This document shows, in pieces, positions 12,862-25,532 of a stretch of DNA of 64,000 nt. The stretch is from Azolla caroliniana (Eukaryota > Plantae > Polypodiophyta): NCBI GenBank assembly GCA_043228905.1, contig JBHGNT010000015.1:11284001-11348000 (forward strand), read 5' to 3'. Position numbers and translations under genes: made by a program. A model generated the notes under the pieces. It worked only from the letters and a program-made list of their open reading frames with translations. It had not been told where the DNA came from and did no database searches. Numbering within the stretch: the first letter of the stretch is position 1; every line of letters starts with the position of its first letter.

Positions 12862-15800
12862 TCATTCCTCTTTTAAGATGTCGAGGATGTTTTCGGGGTC
12901 TCGGGTGGTGACACGGTGGTCTGGTTGGACTGTCGGTGTGGGGGGTTGAGTTTGGTCCGGGGGTGTCATATCTTCTCGGGCGTCCGCCTCAGGTGCGGCC
13001 GATTCTTCTAGTGGGGGTGTGGGTTCGAGGGCGCTGACCTCTACTTCGACTGGATCTGGTACCGTGTGGGCGTCCATGGGATGTCTGTTGGCCGGGGCAA
13101 GTTCCTCCTGTGTCATGTCCGTGATCTCCTTGCTGGAAGGTTCTTCCTTCTGCTCTGTGGCCGTTGGAGGGCTGGTTGGGATGGCTGCGAGTCGCTCTCG
13201 TTCGAAGGCTTCTGCTTCCAGGCGAAACAACATCTGACCGTCATTGAAGTCCTCCATTATTTGCTCGATTGCCGCGGTGTGAGATTTTGCCAAGGACTGG
13301 TAATCCTCGGTTAAATCTGCACGCAGATTTTGTATGCTGGCTTCGTCCATTTTGTAGAAGCCGCGGCCCTCCTTCCGTCGGTTCTTGGCGTTGGCGCGTA
13401 AAATATGCAATTCGGCAGCTTGGGCTGCCCATTCATCTCCTACGCGACTTAATGTTTCCTCGACCTTTTTGGTAAGGTGTTGGCGCTGTTTCTCGATCAG
13501 TATTCTGATACGTGTCTCATCCATGCCGGGCTGTGCTCGGATGGCTGCTAATTCCTATTTTAAGCCGTCGACCTCGGCTTGAAGCTTCTTTGCTCTTAGT
13601 TCATAGATGGCTTGAGTGTTCTTTGCATCTGCGGTTACGAGCTAGATAGCCTGCTCGTAACGCTTGGTGAGTTCTTCGGTGGCTTGCTCCTGTTCTTTTT
13701 GACGCGCGGCCCGGACTTGTTCCCGTTCGACGATTCTCTCTTCTTGTAGGGCGAAGTAGGAATCCGATAATTTGTCTTTTTGCTCCGAAAGTAGCTTGCA
13801 TTTGATGAAAAACTCGTCAGCCATTTCTTTAAGGGTCATACGTTGACTCTGCAGCTCGGCATTCTCCGCGATCATTCTCTCCTCCCGTTGGCGATTTCTT
13901 TCCTCCTGCCGATGGTTCCAGTCTTTCGCATTGTCGAGCGCGGCCTGTAGGTCTAGGACCTCCTTCTCTTTCTTTGCCACTGTGGCTGCGTATTCCTCCA
14001 GCTTGCTTTTGAGTTTGGCTTCTTTGCCCGCGGCTTGTGCTTGTACCCGGCCCAGTGCTTCGTTCTGCTCGTGTATCCTTTGGTCGGCCTGGGCTCTAAT
14101 CTCGGCCATCTGCTTGGAAGCTTCTTCTTTTAGGCGAGCCATCGCCTCCTGATGCCGTTGTTCGTGTCTCTCGGTTCGCCGTTGTTCTTCTTTAAGCTCC
14201 GCGTGGTAATCCCGGAGCAGGGGTTTTGTCTGGGTTGCCACCTCCTTGGGTGCACGAGGGGGTGGTATCTCAGTCTTCTCCATGGGCGTGGCCACCTCGG
14301 TTGTTGTGTAGGCATCGACCATTTGTAACGAGTCCGTTTGTGTATTGGCCTGCATCGTCAGGATTGAATCTGTGACGGTGCTTTCATCCATCATTGTTAT
14401 GCGTGGAGGGGCTGGGAGGGCCTCGGTGGTCGTGGCCGGAAGGCTCAAGAGTTGTTGTTCCGGCCGGTTTTGCTCCTAGGCTGCCAACTTCTGTTTCGCA
14501 GCGTGCCATAATTCTGTAGCCATCTTAGCCTGTTTTTGGGCTATTTTTATCTTTCGGGCCATGTCTTTGGCTGCCCGCATAGTGCGATCCAGGTCCCTAT
14601 ATGCCTCGATAAGGGCCGTGTTCAACTCGGGGACCTCCATGAGGAGAGCGGCCTGTTTTGCCTGCTTCTTTCTCCCGATTTTTTGTAAAGCCCTGTCGTC
14701 CTGGGGCTCAATTTCACCTACGAGCGCGCGTTGAATCATTTTTGTTTCGGCGTGCTCTTCCGCCATTCGAGCGGCTGCCGCGACTTGGGCTCTGGCGAGG
14801 AAGTCGACCAGCTCAAATGTCGTACTGAGGCGTAGGAGCGCACTAAATTCGTAAGCCTCCGCGGGGAGGTCTTTATACCAGAGGACTTCATCCTCCGAGA
14901 TCTGCGTTGTCTGCCCATGCTCGATCTTTCCCTAGTTCAGCGATGCCTCCTCAGGGATGCTGGCCAGGTTGCTCTGTCTGACAACTAAGTCTTGCTCCTA
15001 TTGTGGCTCTTTCTATTCTGCCGAGGACTCGCGGTTGAGTCGTCTTCTCTTGCTCGGCTGTGTTTGGGGTTCCGGGGCTGGTAGTGTCGTTTCCTCCACC
15101 TGCTTCCTTTTCTGGGGTCATGGTGGTGCGGCCTGCTATGTGTTGGGGCGTGGGCTAGGCCCTGGGGAAGTTACCGAGGGGCGCGACGTTGGCTGTCGAA
15201 TGGTGATATCATCTGCCGTGTTGTCCTTCGTGCCTACCTCCTCCTCCCATTCTTGGCAGGTCTCGGAAACTGCCCTTTTTTGTTGGGGTTGGGTGGGTGG
15301 TGGTGCAAATGCAGGGTTTTGGTCGACGACAGGAGGTGGAGGCAATGTGGGCTCCTCCCATGCTTCGTGGCTGATGGCAACAAATTTCTCTTTCTGCCTT
15401 CGTGGTGGTGGTGGGGACGTGAGTGTGCGAGGGGAAGGAAGAGAAGAGGGTGGATATAGAACCATAAAAAAGTGGGTAAAACAGACAACATCTTCTTACC
15501 GGACTGAAATGAAGCTAAGGCGGCGCGGAGTCCTTCGCCTGTGATGATTCCCCAATCGATTCTGTTTCCTTCATACGCGCTGATGATGATGGCTGCCTTG
15601 TTCTGCGGCATGCTCGTTGGGTTCGTATGCATGAACGCATACTCCATTAATATACGAGCAATCTCCCCGACAGCTCTGTTGGGACCGCCATACGAGCGAT
15701 ATGCCTTCCCTGAGGCTGAGTACTCACCGAAGTACTCTTTCATCTTCGATGCCGGGGGTAGGTCGACCTCATGGTCCCCTCCCCGTTGCAGGTCCAAAAC

Positions 15801-15956
15801 AGCCCGAAGCACGTTGTTGGTGATAGCTTCGGGACAAATATGTTTAGCCACACCTTGGGCATCTGGGTGTGCGGGCGCATCGATGATCTTCAAGTAACCG
15901 CCCATTCCTCGTTCCTGGAGCCAGGTGCGGGTTTCTGTTGAAGCGGTAAGAGGCAT
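12862..15956 (-). pseudogene. Element B 3' extra ORF (conserved N-terminal domain plus coiled coil), fragmented
   Basis: ORF pieces 15956-15234, 14766-14476, 14448-13642 and 13524-12862; homologous to the C ORF (EYFGEYS..KAYR, AYEG.IDW, FYKMDE, C-terminal ILDILKEE*). Confidence 0.8.
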
Positions 15957-16341
15957 GGCGGAGATGGAGACGGGGTTTGACTGTGTGGAAGCGTGAAGAA
16001 GAGTGATGAGGCGAGGGTGAGACAGAGGAGGAACAGCAGGAAGGGGAAGGGTTTAGGGGTTATGAGAGTGAAAGAGGGCTTGAGAGCAAGAGCGTTTAGA
16101 GCGATGAGAGCGAGACGGGGTTTCTGAGCTTGAGAGCGATGGAGATTGGGAGCGATAATGAACTTCTGTGTCTGTGTTGCGTTTTGGAAACGGTTTTAGT
16201 AACTTACTCCTAGGGTTTTGTGCCTGAAGCGAATCCTGAAGATTCTGAGTCGTGGGTGCCATAATAAGTGACTAACACCACGTGTCCTGAAGGTGAGTGG
16301 GGTGCTTCTAGTGCTTTGCATGTGCTTAAATAGGTACTAAA

Positions 16342-16963
16342 TGTTACCCCGTACGAGATGTACGGAGAGTCAGTGTGATGAGCGAGGGTCGAATGTTATC
16401 ATGATGTTGTTGTGTATGTGTAGGGGACATAAATGTAATTGTGAGTCTATACGTATGTGAACACATGCACACGTGTGTGCATGTGGATGGATTTGAGGAG
16501 GTATGAGTGAGTGTCCAATATGAATGCTCTAGGGGGCTTACACCCCTTTGTATCTACCCCCTCTTGTACTATTTAACCCCCTTATGGGGAATGAATGAAA
16601 CATGAATGAACATTTCTCTCTATCTTTCTTTTCATCTCTCTCTCTCTCTCTCTCTCTCTCCCCCTCAACGTTGAACCCCCTTGGGAGGGGGGTGGAGCCA
16701 TTCTAGGCACCACCCCCCACCCCGCAATGCTTCTCAATGCACATCATGCTATCACCCACAATGATTCTTATCGCCATCACCATTTTCATCTTCATCACTA
16801 TCAATGTCATAATCAATCTCTCAATGCTTATCACCAATCATCATAAATGTTAACCCTAAAACTGACAACACCAATCCCATACTCTCCTTCATCATCATAA
16901 CCACCATGTCTATCTTTATCATGATTATCATCGTCCTTAACCGTAACCCTAAAACGTACAACA
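16342..16963 (+). repeat. Left LTR-like terminus of C (unrelated family)
   Basis: TG..CA ends, TATA-like ctatttaa at ~16569, (CT)n tract, followed by PBS TGGCGACCACA at 16969-16979. Confidence 0.7.
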
Positions 16964-18762
16964 CCTTTTGGCGACCACAACGGCAGACCCCCTTTGATGA
17001 AGAAGTCCAAGAAGAGAACGTGGCAGCATGATGTGCGAGAAATGGCAGAAACATGCAAATGATGGCGACGATGTTCAATGTATGTGCAAGCGAAGAAATG
17101 GAAACGATGACGTTTGTGTACGAGTGCAAGAAATGATGATGCGATGGAGGAATGCATGAATGGCAACAATGGTTGTGCGAGGTTGCGATTAGTGTCAATG
17201 TGTGGGTTTCCGATGCGGTTAGCGACAATGTGCGTGTTTTTGAAAGCGTGGTGCAAGATGCATGGCTGTACAAACAACGATGCAGTGGGAACCGGTGCCA
17301 GCACGACCGGAAAGAGAAGCCCACCAGGAGACTGCGGAGAAAGTCGCAGTGTGTGGAGCGGAGACCGGCAGGATGTGCTGAGAATGCACGAGAGGTGGTT
17401 CTAAAAGAAGCAACACAGAGAGAGTCGGAACCGGAATCGGAACCAGAACCGGAGCCGGTTAACACCGAAGGGCCGAAGAAGACGGAGGAGATGCAGATGC
17501 AAACCAGACATCAACCAATAGCGCTGGAAAGATACGGACGGATGCACTAGACAAAGGCGACCAAAAAGACACAAGACACAGTAGGATGGGTCAAATGGGC
17601 CGAACAGGCAACCACACAAACGGACAGACCAGACACACGATTGGAAGACAGTGGGACGACGGCCGGACAGAGCCGAAGAGCGACAGAGACGATATCCGAA
17701 ATGCACAGCCACGACAATGGCAACAGCCAAACGATGGGACATGGACACCGAAAAGTGACGGAGCCGGCGACGAGGACAAAGCCGCTGAAAAGCGAAGGAG
17801 ACGATGACAACGACGAACAACAATTCGAGTGGTCGGATAGGCCGGAGAGTGACCTGACATGAGCAATCGGAGCGGACCGAGAAGCGACTGGACAACAACC
17901 AGAACAACGACACCGCCGAAAAGCGACAAGAATGGCCGGAGAACCGACGGCCAGAACGGCGATGACATTGAAACGACAGGCCGAACAGACAATAACGGCC
18001 GGATCTGACTGACTGACCGGATGGAGTCGGAGACCCAGACAAATAGCCGAGAACGGACGGGCCGAACATCAACGATTGGAGCGGCAGGATGATGCGGTAG
18101 CAGGCGTAAGGACCGGACAGAGACGGACAACCACGGTTGGGCAACGGAAATGACGGCGGCAACACAAAGAAGGAGATGACGTGCAAGCAAAGGGAGAGTG
18201 ACGGTCGTGTTTCCTCCCTACCCCGAAACACCAAAATAGAACAGGAAGAAGTGGAAGAAACAAAGGAAGAAAGAGAGAAGATTTGTAGAAGACATCAAAC
18301 AAGAAGAACTCGCAAAGAAAGAAAGAAGAGAAACGATGAAACAAAGAGGAAAGAGAAGCACCATTAGCAGTGGAAGAACAGAGAAAAGGAAATGAAAGAC
18401 AAGAAGAACAGAAGATGCAACAGTTAACACCAAGAAGAAGGAAGCACGCAAGAGTAGAAGACTAGAGAAGACGCAAAATGTAAGGGGGAAAAAAAAAAAA
18501 TGTAAGAAAATGAGAAGAAGACAAACAGAAAAATGGAAAAAATGACCTAAAAGTAAAAAAAAAAAAAAAAGAAAAAGAAAAAGAAGAAGACGTGGGCAAA
18601 ATCGACGCAAATCATAGTAATGATGGGGAGATCACAAGAGGTGGGAGCGCCACCATGCAACGAAGAGGCGCCATGCATTAAAGAAGGACGTGCGCGTACT
18701 TGCTATTTAAAGCATGGAACGTGGGCACTCACACGCGGCAAACAAGAAAGGACATACTAATT

Positions 18763-21700
18763 ATGGCGGGAGAGGAACATGCGCGGGAAACGAACAGGGG
18801 CGGCTCGAGGCAAAAGCCACTATATAAGACACAGGCCTGCGAAGGACTCACTTTTTACGAATTTTCCTACATACAGGCGCAGAAGCACAGAAGAGCGATC
18901 CGACGCACAGAGCACACACAGCCCGATCCCGAACAACAGGCAACAGAAGAAGAATTCGAAACAATGGTACTGTCGGAGGAGGCACGCCAATGGATGAGGG
19001 AGAACGGGTTAAAAGGATTGCTGCGGATCGCCGACGCTCCACCACACGCAGAACCAGAGCAGGCGACAGCATCGATCGATTTATCAGAAATCACGGAAGG
19101 AGCGGTGCAGGCGCTCACGGGGATAAAAGCAGGAGGACTTCAAACAATCGAAAACCCTTCAAGTGAAATCCTGTTCGAATATTTCGGTGAGTACTCTATC
19201 AGCAGCAAGGCGTACCGAACACAGGGCGGAGAGAATCTGCTGTTCGGAGAAGTGGCCCGCGCCATGATGGAATACGGATTCGTGAATTCTCGTCCCCCGG
19301 CCATAGCCAGGTACCGGGCAGCGTTCTTAATAGCAGCGTACGAAGGCTTACAAGTAGACTGGCTCCATTTCATAACCGAAGGATTGAAGGAGGCCATCAA
19401 GAATCTTGTGGAAGGAAAAAAGCCATGGGCCGGGATAGCACAATGGCTAACGGTGTTAGTCCCACCGGTGCTCCCCATCACACAAAAGAAAAGAGGTCGG
19501 CAGGAGACGCCGCCGAAAAAGGTCACAAAGCGCCGACAGATCTTGGAGAAACACACCCCCGGATGGACCCAGCAAGAAGCAGAACAACGGGGGGAAGGAC
19601 CATCCCGACAGCAACAGGAACCGGCAACAAAGGCAAAACCGGCAGGAAAAGGCAAAGGGAAATCGGCCGAGGAGGAACCGGTAGCACGCAAACCAATCAA
19701 TATAACGCTGCGACGGCCGGAACCGGAACCAGAGGTCTTTATACAAAAGGTCCGCTTGGTAGCCGCACCGGAGGAGGAAGCTGAAACAGAAGACTCATCC
19801 GAACCACTGGTAAGACTCCCAACAAGACAGGGTCGGGAGAGACGGGCGAAAGGACCGGCTCCACCAGTTGACAAAACTCAGCAGAGGGCGCAAGGACCAC
19901 CTCCAGTAGCCGAGGCGGAAGCAGTACCGGAACCCGTACCGAGGGAAGCAGCACCAACACCGGTTGCGCCGGACTTCAGAGAACCGGTCATCCTAGAGAA
20001 GAAGAATGAACAAGCGCCGGAGCCAGAGAAAAGGCCGGAAAAACAGCCTGAGTTAAGTGAGCAAGGCCACCCCGACACAGGAAGAACAAAGCCACAATGG
20101 TTGAGATGGCTTTCAGAGCAGTTATCGGGAGTAGCGGACCAGTTAGAGAAAGAAGAAACGTGTAGGCAACAGCTGACGCATACCACAACTCAGGAGTTGG
20201 TCGCGCTCCGAACACAGATCGAGGAAATGCAAGGGGAGCTGTTGCAAGCAAGGGAAGGAATTCAACAAGCACAAGTTGTCACCGAGCCGGTCGGGACAAC
20301 AAGGAAGCAACCAGAACCGGAACCGGAACCGGTAGCCTTGCAAACCGGCCCTGAGACCGAAAAAATAATAGAAACCTTACGAGAGGAGTTAAAAGCTCAG
20401 GAGGCATTAAGGGAAAGAGAAAGGGAGCAGCGGAAAGCGATGGAGGACGACAGACGAAAAATGGAAGAAGGCCTCCGGAAAGGTCGAGCCACTAATGACC
20501 GACTGCAAGAAGAAAAAGAGAAGCTGCAAAAGGAGAAGGACCGACTGCGTCGACATGCCGAGCAGGAGATAGAACGACTGCAGGAAGAACTCCGACAACA
20601 GAAGGACCGGGACGATCGGTTACGAGCTCAGGCAAACCGATGCCTGAAGCAAAAGACGGAGGACTTCGACCGTCTCTACCGAGATCACAAGCAGGCCGAG
20701 TCGGACAACAAGAAACGGGCAGCAGACTACGACCGGCAAATAGAGAAGCTGAAAGAACAGCTCAAAGAGACCCGATTAGACCTGGCTAAGGCAATAGATG
20801 AGGTCAGTGCCAACAAGGAAGCATTGTCGGCGGAAATAGCCCAAGCGACGGAGAGAAGGAAGGAATTAGAGGCGCTAAGGCGGGAAAAGCTGGATCTGAC
20901 CAAGATCAAGAATGAAGAAAAGGAAAAATCGACCTTCACGATCAGCAAACTGCAAAGTACCTATGAAAAGCAGAAAGCGGATTACGAGGCCCAGGCTCAG
21001 ATAATGGCCGACATTATAAAACGGGCAAGGAAGGAAAAGCAGGAAGCTTATGCGCATGCTAAGGCGGGGGTTGACCGGATCAAGCTCATCATGTCAGGAT
21101 GGAGTACTCGAGCTCAGGCAAGCATCAACGAAAGTACGGAAAAGCTATGGAAGGAGTGGTCACAACAGGCAGCCGAGCTGCAGACACTCCGAGCGGATGC
21201 CGAGAATCGGAGGAAGACCGGTGACAAGTTCTACAAGATGGATGAAGAAAGTATCGTCGCCATTCGGGAAGAATTGTCGGAGGATTTCTACGCTTTAGCG
21301 GAAGAACATCTCAAAGAAATCCGAGGGTTAGTAGAGAGGTTGGATGACGGGCAGCTCGCAACTCAGTTGGAGTTGGAGAGATACGAGCAGGACCGGTTAC
21401 GACAGGAAGCTAAGGGAAGAACGACGCCAATCACTATTAGTGAGGGAGAGTGACCGGCGGAAGTTGAACCAACCGACACCGAACAACCCCGACGAGGAAT
21501 ACCTGAAGAAGAACTTCCGTTCGAAGGAGAAGAAGAAGAGCTGAGACCGGGAGACACCAGTGCAGAGGAAGGAGGCATATCAAGCCGACCAGTCGAGACC
21601 GGAGAAAGCGACACTGGTAACAGAACAGAGCCAGGAACGGAGGGAGAACAGGAAGAACCCGTACCAAGCGGTGAGGAAGCACCGGCACCACAGAATCAAG

Positions 21701-21837
21701 CAGAGCCGGAGCAACAAATTTTTACGGAAAAACCAACCCAACCGGAGGTCGGAGACCAGGCAGGCAAGGAACAGGAGGAAGAAGCACCACTTGACACCAT
21801 CGAGCAGAGTGTGCTCGATATTTTGGAGGAAGAATGA
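18763..21837 (+). CDS. Element C extra ORF (~1020 aa; N-terminal conserved domain, long coiled coil, acidic tail) with one internal TGA at 21451-21453
   Basis: Open from ATG 18763; the same frame resumes after the TGA and ends QSVLDILEEE*, matching A (QSILDILEDE*) and B (ENILDILKEE*). Confidence 0.8.
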
Positions 21838-21844
21838 GGCCGGG

Positions 21845-21885
21845 AGTGGATTCGAATTGCAAGGCACTTTCCCACGGGCGTGCCA
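21845..21885 (+). other. tRNA-Arg 3'-half mimic at the PPT position of C
   Basis: AGTGGATTCGA-attgcaaggcactt-TCCCACGGGCGTGCCA-TG-LTR. Confidence 0.8.
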
Positions 21886-21887
21886 TG

Positions 21888-22277
21888 TGTTGGCCGGTCA
21901 GAAGAGCAAGGACAAGTGGGAAGGCGGAGTCGGATCGGATAATAGGAAGTAAATAATAGTAGAATTATTATTCGGAGGGATGGATCCGGTACAGTTGTAC
22001 CGATCCGGATCCGGACCGATTCGGATGTCGGTTGCCTAAGCGCACCGATTGTAACCTTGCCGGATGCCTATAAAAGGATCCGATGAATTGTAAAGGGTTT
22101 GACGAAAGTAATACAATAGTAATTATTGCGTGTTTATCTGTATCTTCGTATTGTTTACCGTCTGTGCTTAATTGTAATCATCTTACGCGTGTAACCTAGC
22201 ATCCAATCCTTACCACCCCTTTGGAGAAGTGTCAGATAGACACCTGTGTTGAGGCTAGTCCGGCCAGGCAAACAACA
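21888..22277 (+). repeat. Right LTR of C (related to A-family LTR)
   Basis: Shares blocks with A LTRs: tagaattatta, ccgatccggat, cctataaaagg, ccctttgg.gaagtgtc. Confidence 0.85.
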
Positions 22278-22416
22278 CTAAATGAGTGGTGGTGAGGGGT
22301 GCTCCTAAATTTGTGGGTGCCTAGGTGGGTGGTGTAGCTGTAGCTAATCTGTGGCTAAACTATGGTTAATCCTACCTACTACTACTTTTATTAATTTCAA
22401 GAAGGTGGGTGAGTCC

Positions 22417-24831
22417 TTATTCAGGGGGACACGTGGCCTCCTCCGGGGTGGTTTCCCGAAACGGGTTGGGTGGTGTAGTGCCTCGATATGGTCGAAGTCG
22501 GAAACCATTGGCCCAACTTCTGACAGTATCGCCAGCGAGTGTGCCGAGCTGGAACGTCCCGTTGAACTCGTCGATAATCCAGAATGGACCGGTCCACCGA
22601 AATCTTAATTTTCCCGGCATAGACCCGAGTCGTGTTTGAAAAAGAAGAACTGGTTTGCCGATGGTGAGCTCCTTTTCCAGCCCGTGTCGATGTCGATCCA
22701 CGAAAGCCTTGCGTTGCCGTTGCCGTTGTTCGAGCTGGGCCATACTCTCTATCCTATCTTCGACGAGTTCGAGGAGTTGTTCCAGCCGGTATTGCTCAGA
22801 TTGGGCCTCTGGGAGCCGTGCTTTGATTTCAACTCGGAGGCTCGGGACTTGGAATTCGACGGGCATTACGGCTTCTAACCCGAACGCCATTCGAAAGGGG
22901 GTTGATTGGATGCTTGTTTTGAAAGTCGTACAATACGCCCACAACGCGCTCTAGAGTTTGTCATCCCAATCGGTCCTGTTTTCATTGACGATCTTCTTCA
23001 GTATGGTTTGGAGGATTTTATTGGTCGATTCCGCCAAGCCGTTCGCCTGCGGGTAGTATGGTGTGCTTTTCTTGTGCACCACCGCGTAGTGGTGTGTAAG
23101 CTCATGTATTATATGATTGATGAAGTGCCCACCTTGATCACTAACGAGCTCGATTGGGCATCCGTAACGGCACCAGAGGTGCTCGTACACGAATTTAGCC
23201 GTGGATGCCGCCGTGTTATCTCGGAGTGCCTTCACCTCGACCCATTTGGTGCAGTAATCCGTGGCAACGATAATATACCTATTCCCTGTTCGGGTAGCGG
23301 GTGGTTTGAAAGGGCCTACAAAATCCAAACCCCATTTTTGAAATGGGTCCAACGGAAGAATCGGTTGGTGTGGCATCCGTGACTGTTCCATCGGTTGCCC
23401 CAATCGTTGGCACAAATCGCACTGCTGGCAAAACTCGTGAGCGTCTTTCTTCGTTGTCGGCCACCACAATCCACTTTGCCAAACTTTCCTTGCGGTGGAA
23501 TCCCCGGGGTAGTGCCCCCCAGCTACTCCCTGGTGGGCTTCCTGCAGAACGACGTTCTTCTTGAATTGCCGAATCGCTCGGCGCCATATGCCGTCCGAGC
23601 CTTTGTGGTAGAAAATGTCCGAGATGAGGCAAAAATTCCGGCTACGCACTGCTAGGCGTTTTCTCGTGTCAAGGGTCATGTGCTCGGGAGGTACACCGGT
23701 AGTGAGAAAATGGGTCATCTCCGTGATCCATTCATCTCCGTTATCGTCTGGTCTCGTGGTCAGGTTAAATAGGCTGACGTCCAGTAGCTCGTCATACGTT
23801 GTTTTCGCCGGTTCCCCTGACTCAAGACGGCTCAAGTAGTCGGCGACCGCATGTTGTACCCCAGGTCGATGCTGCATCTGGAAATCAAACTCTTGTAGTA
23901 GGAGCATCCACCGAGCCAACCGTCCGGTGAGGGCTTGTTTATTGACCAAATAAAGAAGGGCGGAGTGATCTATGTGAAAGGTAAATTTTCAGCCCAAGAG
24001 GTAATGCCGAAATTTATTGATGCTATAAATCATACCGAGGGCCTCCCGCTCGGTGGTAGAGTAATTATTTTCCGTGGTTGAGAGCCGTCGGCTGGCGTAG
24101 TACACGGGCCTATACCAATTCGGGGGTGTGCATTGCATCAGGGCACTTCCGATGGCGATGTCTGAAGCATCTACAAAGACATGAAACGGTTCGGACCAAA
24201 CCGGAGACTGGACCACCGGGGCATGTGACAGCATTAGTTTCAGGGTCTGATAGGCCGTGTCCTCGATTGACGTCCATTGGAAGGGAAGGCGATGGACTGC
24301 TGCGTGTAAAGGTGTCGCGAAATTGGCCAGGTGTCGTATCATTCGGCTGTGCCACCGGATCTGTCCCAAAAAACGGCTTAGTGCCTTAGCGTTCGAGGGT
24401 GCGGTGGCGGTTAGGATTGCCTTTACTTTATCCGGGTCCATAGCGATGCCTTCTTGACTGACAATGTGGCCGAGAAGGTTGCCGCTGGTGACTAAGAACG
24501 CGCATTTCGCCGGGTTTAAGCTCAATCGAGCTTGGCGACATCGGTCCAGGCAGAGTCGTAACTGGGTCATGTGTTTCCGTCAATGGCCATACACGGTGAA
24601 ATCGTCGAGAAAGACTTGCATGAACGCCGGGATGTAGTCATGAAAGATTTCGATGATGATGCGCTGGAACGTAGCCGACGCCGTTTTTAGACCGAACATC
24701 ATTACTTCTGCTACAAAAACACCCCATTCCGTGAAGAAAGCGGTTTTCTCCTGATCCTCCGGGTGCATTCTTATCTGGTTATAGCCGCTGAACCCGTTGA
24801 GGAAACTGTAGCATTCGTGGTTGGCTACCGT
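22417..24831 (-). pseudogene. Element B pol, 3' part: RT (FLDD), RNase H, integrase
   Basis: QVFLDDF; FVDASD..EREALG..DH..ADYLSR; HHCC zinc finger, WGLDFVGPF, SDQGGHF, QANGLAE; GKLRFRWTGPF. Confidence 0.92.
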
Positions 24832-25488
24832 TGTCGTGAAGAAAACCGTCCCTTAGCGCAATCAGTGCATAGCGCGCGTGAACCGACTCTTCACACGTGC
24901 GCGCCCTTAATGTATATAATAGAGATTAAGTACGTAGGTATATCCGGGGTAGTTGGATTCGGTAGGTAGGACGTAAATGAGGGGGGGACGGCTCCCTTCT
25001 TGACGCTATAAAGGAGAAGGAGACGCAGAGAGAAGCGGCATTGCGCATTAAGGAGGACGAAGTGCTGTCAAACCGTAACCGAACGCTTCTCCTCTGTTCG
25101 TTCTCAATCGCTCTTCTCTGCAGGGTTTCGGGAGGCTCGCGCCGCTTCGAGGAACGCTCGTGTGCTTCCGGCAGCACCTCCACCCTTTTCTCCTTTCGTG
25201 CGCAGACGAACAGGCATCGCCATCTGTTCGCCGGCCTGTTCGGTTGTAATAGCTCGCGTGCTCTGTTTGTGTATTTGTTATTCGTTAAATCTACAAAAAC
25301 TTTTGTCTCCCTGTCTCTGTGTCCATTCGCGTCTTCTGTGTTGACGAGCCGTGCCCCTGTGTTTCTTTGCTCATACGTGACAGGCGTCTCTCTCTCTCTC
25401 TCTTTTTCCCCTTCTATCACCTGCTCTTCGGTTCAAGACCCCGGTGGTTCCGCCTCGTTTCTCCACGCACGCGCATAGTAACGCGACA
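24832..25488 (+). repeat. 5' LTR of D
   Basis: TGTCGTGAAG...ACGCGACA; TATA gctataaa. Confidence 0.95.
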
Positions 25489-25492
25489 TATT

Positions 25493-25510
25493 TGGTGAAC
25501 CCCACGTGAA
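25493..25510 (+). promoter_or_regulatory. PBS of D (tRNA-Trp)
   Basis: TGGTGAACCCCACGTGAA versus TGGTGAACCCGACGTGAA, the complement of the recalled plant tRNA-Trp 3' end. Confidence 0.75.
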
Positions 25511-25532
25511 CAAGGCGGCAGAGGAGCAAAAG

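Larger units (their letters stand above)
16342..22277 (+). mobile_element. Non-autonomous LTR element C with two non-homologous LTRs
   Basis: TSD CTAAA (16337-16341 and 22278-22282); left terminus TGTTACCCC..GTACAACA followed by PBS; right terminus TGTTGGCCGG..AAACAACA; extra ORF present, no gag or pol. Confidence 0.8.

Noticed and set aside
16821-18610. Numerous overlapping ORFs inside C
   Set aside because: Low-complexity, strand-biased sequence with no recognisable domain
18700-21453. Host myosin/SMC-like gene or retroviral env
   Set aside because: Lies inside an LTR element with homologs at the same position in A and B; no ATPase motifs or transmembrane helix seen
25041-25478. ORFs within D LTRs (also 31260-31991)
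   Set aside because: Incidental ORFs in GC-rich LTR sequence, with ends not conserved between the two LTRs
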